Origin: an uncultured archaeon
Lineage (GTDB): Archaea; Nanohalarchaeota; Nanosalinia; Nanosalinales; Nanosalinaceae
NCBI GenBank assembly: GCA_964421955.1
Contig: CAYQYU010000019.1
Span: 1 to 11,795 of the forward strand
Reading direction: 5' to 3'
Length of the DNA: 11,795 bases
Shown here: positions 1 through 6,133 of the stretch, one piece after another
How the letters are laid out: each line of letters begins with the position of its first letter
How positions within the stretch are numbered: the stretch's first letter is position 1
Translations under genes and position numbers: made by a program
Notes under the pieces: model-generated
The model's database searches: none
Told to the model about the DNA's origin: nothing
The model's input: only the letters and a program-made list of their open reading frames with translations

Positions 1-86
1 ATACAGCAGATATAGTCCGGTATATATAATCCAGAGCATCATAACTGAATAGTAACAAATATAAATGCGTTCTATGATTTATTACT

Positions 87-476
87 GTGGCATCTGAAAG
101 CTACGATCCGGAGGCCTGGAACCTGGACGAATTCTCGACCGAGATAGATGGAAAACCGCTCTCTGGACTGGAGACTCTTTCTGGCTTTTACGGTCTCGCG
201 AAGAGAAATGAGCAGTTTCAGGAAATGTATACCAGTTACAGGAAATACCACAGATTGATGAGCATGGGCGGGTTTCGAGATGGGAACAGAAAGGTTGAGC
301 AGGCCCGAGAAGACTTCTATGACGGTGTTGAGAGCTATTTCGGACTGGATCTCGATGATGGCGAGCTAGAGAGCCAAGCACTTGGTATGATCTCGAAACT
401 TAGCACCGATGAGATTGAGGCGCTGGGACAGAACCCTCTCTCTGAAGACCAGATCAGAGAAATGTTAACCGACTAA
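87..476 (+). CDS. Hypothetical acidic protein (129 aa, GTG start)
   Basis: ORF with host-like acidic composition. TATAAAT at 60-66 lies about 25 nt upstream, and the stop overlaps the convergent glutaredoxin stop. No family recognised. Confidence 0.75.
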   Translation: MASESYDPEAWNLDEFSTEIDGKPLSGLETLSGFYGLAKRNEQFQEMYTSYRKYHRLMSMGGFRDGNRKVEQAREDFYDGVESYFGLDLDDGELESQALGMISKLSTDEIEALGQNPLSEDQIREMLTD

Positions 477-724
477 CCGTAATGCTCTTCCAGGTATTCT
501 ACGATGTCGTCGCTCTCCGGCATCACTGTATCAGTGTTAGGATCCACAAGTACCGGTACTCCTGTCTGACCCGAAATTTCCTCTACCCTTTGACGATCAC
601 CTTTGGGTTCTACCTGTCTCGCGACAAAGTCGATTCCCAGATCCGTCATTTTCTGCCGGACTTTTGAGCAGTAAGGGCATCCTTCGAACTGGTATACCTC
701 CAGCATTTCTTCGGGCTGTGTCAT
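473..724 (-). CDS. Glutaredoxin / glutathione S-transferase N-terminal domain protein
   Basis: CPYC redox motif, cis-Pro 'GVPVLVD' and 'MPESDDIVEYL' GST-N signature. Confidence 0.92.
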   Translation of the reverse strand: MTQPEEMLEVYQFEGCPYCSKVRQKMTDLGIDFVARQVEPKGDRQRVEEISGQTGVPVLVDPNTDTVMPESDDIVEYLEEHYG

Positions 725-747
725 GTGGAAAATTTGATTTTGAAACC

Positions 748-1191
748 TTAAGACTGTTGGCCAATTTTTTCCGCCGCCTTCTCAAGAAGCTCCCGGTTAT
801 CATCGTACTCTAGCAGCGGCTTCGCATCCCTCGGCCGGAAGAAGAATCCCTTCTCGTGCTCGTCATGAGGGTTGTTCCGGACATCAACGTTTGCGCCTTC
901 AGCCACCTTCACAAGGTAGCCGCGATACTCCTTCTTCCTCTTCTCCCCGTCGCGCTCGTATTCCCAGGAAACCTCCTGGTCCAGGTCCCGGATTTCCCGG
1001 ACCAGTTCCCCTGATATCCCGGCCTCTTCCTCGAGCTCCTGCCTGACTGTTTCCTCATAGTCATTGTTTTCGAGGCGGCCCTTGGGAGTCTCCCAGCCCT
1101 CCCAGTTCTTCTTCCGCTTCAGGACGAGGAACCGGGGGTTACTGTCGCCCTGTTTGTAGGCAACGATCATGACGCCTTTTTCAGTCTCCAT
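748..1191 (-). CDS. Nudix hydrolase, Ap4A-hydrolase-like
   Basis: Nudix-box variant 'WETPKGRLENNDYEETVRQELEEEAGI' and downstream 'DEH'. Start moved from 1272 to ATG 1191 (METEKGVMIVAY), which has GGAGGT upstream. Confidence 0.88.
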   Translation of the reverse strand: METEKGVMIVAYKQGDSNPRFLVLKRKKNWEGWETPKGRLENNDYEETVRQELEEEAGISGELVREIRDLDQEVSWEYERDGEKRKKEYRGYLVKVAEGANVDVRNNPHDEHEKGFFFRPRDAKPLLEYDDNRELLEKAAEKIGQQS

Positions 1192-1286
1192 ACCGATTTC
1201 TTGGACCTCCGGGCTTTTATTACTCAAACGGCCGATCAAATAGTTTTTATACGTTCCTTCCCGATTTATCATTAGCTGGTGTCAAA

Positions 1287-1913
1287 ATGATAAAGCGGTT
1301 GAGAGAATTCTTTAACAGCTTCTTCAGTGACTCGGATAGGGACGACTTCTCCATCGGTATATATGGACCGCCGAACGCGGGCAAGTCAACGCTCGCCAAC
1401 CAGATTTCGATGGACCTCACAGGAGAAGAGATGAGCAACGTTTCAGAGGTGCCGCACGAAACCAGAGCAGTGGAGAAAAAGGAGCGCGCAACAATCGAGG
1501 CCAATGGCCAAGAGATCGAGATGAACCTGCTGGACATGCCAGGGATTTCGACAAATGTTGACTTCAAGGACTTCACGGAACACGGAATCGAGGAGGACGA
1601 GGCTAAAGGCCGTGCGAAGGAGGCCACAAAGGGAATTGTAGAAGCGATCAAGTACCTTGATAATGTTGATGCGTGCCTGGTCATCTTTGACTCGACAGAG
1701 GATCCCTACACCCAGGTTAACGTCACTATAATCGGCAACCTTGAAGCCAAAGATATTCCGATACTGGTCGTGGCAAACAAGATCGATCTCGACGACTCAG
1801 ATCCGCAACGTGTGAGAGATGCGTTCCCACAGCACCCTGTTATAGAGATTTCAGCGGAAGAAGGCACCAATATCGACAAACTTTATGAGGAAATAGTCGA
1901 AAGGTTAAGCTAA
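1287..1913 (+). CDS. oapA: Era-like small GTPase OapA/ArvA
   Basis: G1 GPPNAGKS, G2 HETR, G3 DMPG, G4 NKID, G5 ISA and an N-terminal amphipathic segment MIKRLREFFNSFF. Followed by DUF2073-like and Zn-ribbon genes as in the known operon. Confidence 0.92.
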   Translation: MIKRLREFFNSFFSDSDRDDFSIGIYGPPNAGKSTLANQISMDLTGEEMSNVSEVPHETRAVEKKERATIEANGQEIEMNLLDMPGISTNVDFKDFTEHGIEEDEAKGRAKEATKGIVEAIKYLDNVDACLVIFDSTEDPYTQVNVTIIGNLEAKDIPILVVANKIDLDDSDPQRVRDAFPQHPVIEISAEEGTNIDKLYEEIVERLS

Positions 1914-2299
1914 TGGCTGAAGACGGAGTGACAATTGAGTTCCTCTCGAAAGAACACCTTTCCAGCGAGGAGACGTTTGAAGACAAGCTAGAATTTGTTC
2001 TCGACAAGGTGAAAGATAATGCCGTACTTGTGCTTGAAGAAGCATGGACCCCTGATGAGAAGAGGAAGCTGATCGAAACTTCGGTGGAGGAAGCTGACGA
2101 GGACTTTCCCGGCGTCGAGTTCATGGGTTTTGACGGCGAAAACTCCAGATTTGCGAAGGCAAAAAGTTTACTTTACGAAAAAGTTCTGAACGAGCAGTAC
2201 CGGCGCGGACTGACCATAGTCGGAAACTCCCGTGTAATGGAAAAGATCAAGGAAGAACCAGACACTGTTTCCTTCCTTGCCAAACTGGAAGAGGACTGA
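1913..2299 (+). CDS. oapB: OapB/ArvB family protein (DUF2073-like)
   Basis: 'VLVLEEAWTPDEKRKLIE...FPGVEF...LTIVG' resembles DUF2073. TAATG stop/start overlap with oapA. Confidence 0.85.
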   Translation: MAEDGVTIEFLSKEHLSSEETFEDKLEFVLDKVKDNAVLVLEEAWTPDEKRKLIETSVEEADEDFPGVEFMGFDGENSRFAKAKSLLYEKVLNEQYRRGLTIVGNSRVMEKIKEEPDTVSFLAKLEED

Positions 2300-2304
2300 T
2301 ACCC

Positions 2305-2685
2305 ATACCTCATCGATGCATGAACTGCGGCGAGACCTATGATGACGATTCACAGGAGCTTATAGATGGCTGTACCTGCGGCTCCTCGCTCTTCATGTAC
2401 GAGCAGGACGGGGACCAGGAGATGACCGATAAGGAGAAGCGAGAGGTAAAATCCGAGATCAGGGATATGGCTGCCCAGGGAATCGAGGAGCGAGGCGACA
2501 TCAAGTTCGAGTTCGATCTCGACTCGATAAGCATCAAGGAGGAAGGAGTCTACCAGATCAACGTGTCACGACTCCTGAAGGAAATCCCATTAGTTATAAG
2601 GAAGGAAGAAGGTAGTTACTATATACAGCTACCCTCTGCGTTCAACCCGGAGGATGCAAAACTCGAAATGGAGGACCTAGAATGA
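2305..2685 (+). CDS. oapC: OapC/ArvC Zn-ribbon protein (DUF2072-like), probable ATA start
   Basis: Reading from ATA 2305 gives (M)PHRCMNCG...GCTCGSSLFMY, which restores the first CxxC. C-terminal 'SISIKEEGVYQINV...EEGSYYIQLP' is typical of the family. The first in-frame ATG (2320) lies inside the CxxC. Confidence 0.85.
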   Translation: MPHRCMNCGETYDDDSQELIDGCTCGSSLFMYEQDGDQEMTDKEKREVKSEIRDMAAQGIEERGDIKFEFDLDSISIKEEGVYQINVSRLLKEIPLVIRKEEGSYYIQLPSAFNPEDAKLEMEDLE

Positions 2686-2720
2686 CGCAAATCGAAGACT
2701 TGCTGGCTTGCACAAGATCG

Positions 2721-2730
2721 GGAGGTGATC
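2721..2730 (+). promoter_or_regulatory. Shine-Dalgarno site for the 2739 ORF
   Basis: GGAGGTGATC is complementary to the archaeal 16S 3' end and sits 8 nt before ATG 2739. Confidence 0.75.
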
Positions 2731-2738
2731 TTTGAACA

Positions 2739-3002
2739 ATGGCAGAAGACCGCTTTGGATTCAAGAAAATGAACACAAACCAGGAAGTGGCAGCATCTTT
2801 CACGCTTTTTGTCCTTGGATCACTTCTGGTGATCTCTAATGTGATGCCCCTGATTGGACTGGTAGATCTGGCACCCGCAGTTCTTGGACTGGTGATGCTT
2901 GGAACCGGCTACCTTTTCGCAATCGAATCAATCAGGGAACTCGAGGAGAAAGATCACTTCCTGTCCAGAAAGCTCGAAAACCAAGAAGAGGAAGAGGAGT
3001 GA
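2739..3002 (+). CDS. Small membrane protein, two predicted TM helices
   Basis: Two hydrophobic stretches (VAASFTLFVLGSLLVI; LAPAVLGLVMLGTGYLFAI), an acidic tail and a strong SD. Confidence 0.85.
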   Translation: MAEDRFGFKKMNTNQEVAASFTLFVLGSLLVISNVMPLIGLVDLAPAVLGLVMLGTGYLFAIESIRELEEKDHFLSRKLENQEEEEE

Positions 3003-3046
3003 CCTACCTTAAGAAATAAAACGTTTCCTTTTATACTTTTTACAAT

Positions 3047-3322
3047 ATGTCATCCGAAGAAGTAGAGCTTGATTTCGAATTCTCAAACGAGGAGCTTGCC
3101 AACTTTCTCGAAAACTTTGCTGAGAAAATAAGAGGGGGAGAAGTAGGACTCTCCTTCAAGGGACGTGAAGAAGTACACATCGAACCCAACAAGGACAACA
3201 ACCTCGAACTCGAGTTCTTTGAATCAGGTCAGAAACGCCAGCTTGAACTCGATATAGTTCTTAGCGAAGACATTGAGAGCACTGAAGAAGGCAGAAGAAA
3301 GATCCCTGTCAAAGTAGTATAA
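3047..3322 (+). CDS. Amphi-Trp-domain-like protein
   Basis: 'SNEELANFLENFAEKIRGGEV...VHIEP...LELEF...LELDI' follows the amphi-Trp pattern, but the terminal Trp is absent. Confidence 0.7.
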   Translation: MSSEEVELDFEFSNEELANFLENFAEKIRGGEVGLSFKGREEVHIEPNKDNNLELEFFESGQKRQLELDIVLSEDIESTEEGRRKIPVKVV

Positions 3323-3331
3323 CCGACAAAA

Positions 3332-3595
3332 ATGGCCGCCGACAAAGAACTCACATCTCTGATGAATAGTTTAGAAGGAACGTTTGCACCGGAAAGTATA
3401 GAGCACGAGCTGGAAGAACACGGCTACGAAATAGAGCTCCAGGACTCAAACGAACCTCCCCTTGAAGACCATAGAAGCCGTGGAAGAACCGCACTTTACC
3501 AAGTTAGAGACCCTGAAGAAAACTATCAGTTCCAGATCAAAGCCTTCGTAGATCCTTACACGCCGAAAATGAGTTTAGAGGTTATCCTAGAATAG
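3332..3595 (+). CDS. Hypothetical protein (87 aa)
   Basis: Acidic ORF starting 9 nt after the previous stop. Its end abuts the convergent gene. Confidence 0.75.
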   Translation: MAADKELTSLMNSLEGTFAPESIEHELEEHGYEIELQDSNEPPLEDHRSRGRTALYQVRDPEENYQFQIKAFVDPYTPKMSLEVILE

Positions 3596-4066
3596 CTAGC
3601 TGCCGAAACTTTCGAGTATCTCGATCATTCTCTGGTTCTGTTCTATGATCCGGTCGAGCTTCTGCTCTACCGCTGACATATCGGAGTCCGATGCAGAAGG
3701 TGGAGAACTAGATGAGCTGCTCGAAGAACTTCCAGACATTCCTGTCGAAGGAAGTCCCGATCCAGAGCTTTCCTGAGACCCCGAGGTCAGCGAGCCACCA
3801 CTGGAACTCGACTCGGTTGAAGAACTCATTCCTGACTCCTGCTGCTGTCTCTGCTCGCGCTGCTTCTGCTTCTGTGTTTTACCTCCCTGATTGAGACCCT
3901 CATCCAGGACTTCTATCTCGGTTCCGTCACCGGTTTCTTCATCTTCCTCCTCGGAAGATTCTTCAGCTGCCTGCCTCAGGGTCTCGAAGTTGGCTCTAGC
4001 ATCCTTGGTTTCCTTGTCCTTCACGGAGTCCTTGACATTATCATAGTAGCTGATCGGTACCACCAA
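3596..4066 (-). CDS. Ser-rich low-complexity protein with C-terminal coiled coil (start uncertain: TTG 4066, GTG 4063 or ATC 4054)
   Basis: Acidic and Ser-rich disordered middle region, ending 'VEQKLDRIIEQNQRMIEILE'. Overlaps the 3' end of the upstream paralog. Confidence 0.75.
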   Translation of the reverse strand: MVVPISYYDNVKDSVKDKETKDARANFETLRQAAEESSEEEDEETGDGTEIEVLDEGLNQGGKTQKQKQREQRQQQESGMSSSTESSSSGGSLTSGSQESSGSGLPSTGMSGSSSSSSSSSPPSASDSDMSAVEQKLDRIIEQNQRMIEILESFGS

Positions 4067-4406
4067 CCTCTGCCTTGATGTCCTTCAGTAGACCTATGAT
4101 CTCCTTGTTCTGTTTGTGAATATCGCCCATTTCAACGTCTTTTGAACTGGAGGGTGTGGAAGTCGAAGAATCTGATCCCATTCCGGGCAGCATGCTCTCG
4201 GATCCAGAACTCGGCGAGCTGCTCGAAGAGCTTCCTGTAGAGCCGGCGCCAGGCAGAGATGATTCCGTGTTGGAGCCTGTTTCTGAGCTTCCAGCTATCT
4301 CGGTCTCTACCTCGCTCCTGAGACGGCTTTCCTCGACCTCTTCCTTCGCAGAGGATATCTCGACCTCGTCGGTCTGCTCCTCTGAAATCCTGTCGGAAAG
4401 TTTCAT
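4041..4406 (-). CDS. Ser-rich low-complexity protein with C-terminal coiled coil
   Basis: ATG start, Ser-rich linker, and C-terminal 'DIHKQNKEIIGLLKDIK' similar to the downstream gene. Confidence 0.78.
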   Translation of the reverse strand: MKLSDRISEEQTDEVEISSAKEEVEESRLRSEVETEIAGSSETGSNTESSLPGAGSTGSSSSSSPSSGSESMLPGMGSDSSTSTPSSSKDVEMGDIHKQNKEIIGLLKDIKAEVGGTDQLL

Positions 4407-4460
4407 TACTTCTCTATTGGAAAGGCTTAAATAAAAGCCTTGGCCGCCTAATACCGGATT

Positions 4461-4940
4461 ATGAAAGCTGAAATCGTGCCTACAGAGAAAATCGAGGTTC
4501 TCAAGGAAAATCTCGAGAAGCGAGTTGAATCGATCGAGATCGATTCAGGCCGCCTGATAGCGGAACTTGAAAGCGCAAAAATACTGGAGAGGACGCCTGG
4601 AATCGAAAAATTCCGGGTTAAAGGAGAAGAAAAAGAAGGTCTAAAGGGAAAACCAATCGACGAGCAGGCTTACGCCCGGCTCGAGTCCAGAGAGGACGCA
4701 GCGAAGGCGTTGCTCGCAACCATCATGGGCTACGATCTCCGGATACTCGAGACCGACCGGGAGTGGGACTACAGGAACCTGAAACGTTACAATCCGGACA
4801 TAAAACATCTCAAGTTCTCCGAGCCACAGGAATTCCTAGAGATTGAAAAAGCGATCTTCAGATCGGAAGGTCTTGAAGAGATCGAGATAGAGGTCTCACA
4901 GGAAGAAGTTGAAGAAATCTACAGGAAGATGCTGACCTGA
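4461..4940 (+). CDS. Hypothetical protein, possible degenerate ThiI-derived fold
   Basis: Acidic 159-aa ORF with TTAAATAAAA about 25-30 nt upstream. Weak by-eye similarity to ThiI segments (see findings). Confidence 0.75.
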   Translation: MKAEIVPTEKIEVLKENLEKRVESIEIDSGRLIAELESAKILERTPGIEKFRVKGEEKEGLKGKPIDEQAYARLESREDAAKALLATIMGYDLRILETDREWDYRNLKRYNPDIKHLKFSEPQEFLEIEKAIFRSEGLEEIEIEVSQEEVEEIYRKMLT

Positions 4941-4998
4941 ATCCCCGATCTCCGGGTTGAAAAACTTAAAACTTAGACGTTCCAAAGTATAGATACAG

Positions 4999-5310
4999 AT
5001 GAAAGAGATCGACTACGACCGGGCGGAGTATGTGACCAACCGCAAACTGGAGGATGACAAAGGCGAAGAAACGGGCCGCATCAAGATGTTCTCCTACGAT
5101 AACGAAACATTCCACTTCCAGATGAAGTGCCCCTACTGTGGCAACGAGTTCGAACGCAGCGAGGAGCTCGGCTCCCGGCCATGGTGGATTGAATGCCCGG
5201 AATGCGAGAGAAGCAGCAACGTCAAGCGGATCAAGGACGCGGCAAAAAGGAAGATCAAGAACAGGGGGCCCGACGCAGATGTCGACGATGCAGACGTCGA
5301 CGTTACATAG
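4999..5310 (+). CDS. Zn-ribbon protein (CPYC-x18-CPEC)
   Basis: Two CxxC pairs. TTAAAA at 4966-4971 suggests a leaderless start. Confidence 0.85.
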   Translation: MKEIDYDRAEYVTNRKLEDDKGEETGRIKMFSYDNETFHFQMKCPYCGNEFERSEELGSRPWWIECPECERSSNVKRIKDAAKRKIKNRGPDADVDDADVDVT

Positions 5311-5338
5311 AACTATTCTTACCCACGAAAAAACCAAC

Positions 5339-5353
5339 TATTTAACTGTTACA
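5339..5353 (+). promoter_or_regulatory. tRNA-Thr promoter: TATA box plus TGTTACA motif
   Basis: TATTTAA at 5339-5345 follows an A-rich BRE-like run. TGTTACA at 5347-5353 also occurs at the tRNA-Pro promoter. Confidence 0.6.
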
Positions 5354-5422
5354 GAGCCAGCATCTTCTATAGTCGGTTGCGCAGCAACCGTCCCAGCATG
5401 ATGAAACTCTGCTAGGAGTTTC

Positions 5423-5566
5423 GCCTCCATGGCTCAGTCTGGCTAGAGCGGCCCCCTTGTAAACCTCAAGTTCTCCAGGAGGAGAACGAGGACCCAGGAG
5501 CGAACGTGGGCGACTTCGCAACGACAAGCTAGGGGCAGGCCGTGGGTTCAAATCCCACTGGGGGCT
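5423..5566 (+). tRNA. tRNA-Thr(TGT) with a 69-nt intron at canonical position 37/38 (5462-5530)
   Basis: Acceptor GCCTCCA/TGGGGGC, D stem GCTC/GAGC, anticodon stem GCCCC/GGGGC, loop CT-TGT-A|A, T arm GTGGG-TTCAAAT-CCCAC and discriminator T. Splice motif: CTTG (5456-5459) pairs with intron CAAG (5525-5528), with a 3-nt bulge CT|A. CCA is not encoded. Confidence 0.93.
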
Positions 5567-5571
5567 TTCTA

Positions 5572-6000
5572 CTAGTAGACGCAGTTGTCCAGGATCTCTA
5601 CCTCGCAGTCCGCACTCACCTCTACTTCCCTGGATCTACATTTCTCCTCAACATTGCACGCTTTGATCTCCACCCTGTAATCATTTCCGCCCTCTGCCTC
5701 GAATGAAACCGGGCTCGCGTAATAGTCATCGCTGTTGGAATCCCATAAACCTTTTCTCGCGACTCTCCGGTCCTGCGAGTAAACCTCAAACCATACCTCT
5801 TCAATCGAGAATTCGGAATCAACCACCCTGGCACCCACATAAACGTCGTCACCGTTGCCTATGTCGTCCGGTACAACCTCTACTTTTTCTATCTCCAGAC
5901 CTCTATCGACCCCGGAACTATTCTGGGCCGCTGCAGAAGTTAGAAAAGCTGTGAGAGTTAAGATACCTAGAACCGCCAGCCTGAAACCATGTTCTTTCAT
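5572..6000 (-). CDS. Secreted or surface protein, probable beta-sandwich with Cys pairs
   Basis: ATG 6000 gives the signal peptide MKEHGFRLAVLGILTLTAFLTSAAA, followed by alternating beta-strand patterns and four C-terminal Cys. Confidence 0.78.
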   Translation of the reverse strand: MKEHGFRLAVLGILTLTAFLTSAAAQNSSGVDRGLEIEKVEVVPDDIGNGDDVYVGARVVDSEFSIEEVWFEVYSQDRRVARKGLWDSNSDDYYASPVSFEAEGGNDYRVEIKACNVEEKCRSREVEVSADCEVEILDNCVY

Positions 6001-6133
6001 GTATACAATCCACTGAAATCTGCTTTTTAAATTTGCTGCGCTCAACCTCAATAAAAATAGATTTAAGCATTTTATATGATTTTAAAAGTTTTATTAAATC
6101 TGCTAAACTTTTCTTAGAATATTTGGAATATTT

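Noticed and set aside
1192-1286. Replication origin upstream of oapA, as in haloarchaea
   Set aside because: The spacer is short, has no ORB/G-string repeats, and there is no cdc6/orc gene. It is explained by divergent promoters.
2682-2735. 17-codon ORF overlapping the oapC stop (ATGA)
   Set aside because: It is too short and has no supporting features. It mainly spans the SD of the next gene.
3741-3755. LPSTG as a sortase LPXTG signal
   Set aside because: There is no signal peptide, and no hydrophobic segment or basic tail follows the motif.
5398-5422. Hammerhead ribozyme or C/D-box sRNA in the tRNA-Thr leader (ATGATGA, GAAAC stem)
   Set aside because: There is no CTGANGA core and no stem II before GAAA, and no CTGA D box follows the C-box-like sequence.
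5451-5463. Reading the intron-containing tRNA as Tyr (GTA)
   Set aside because: The stem register GCCCC/GGGGC places TGT at 34-36. A G1-C72 pair and T discriminator fit archaeal Thr, not Tyr.
6007-6015. AATCCACTG as an att duplicate of the tRNA-Thr 3' end (AATCCCACTG)
   Set aside because: The match is short and gapped and lacks the acceptor-stem GGGGGC, so it is compatible with chance.
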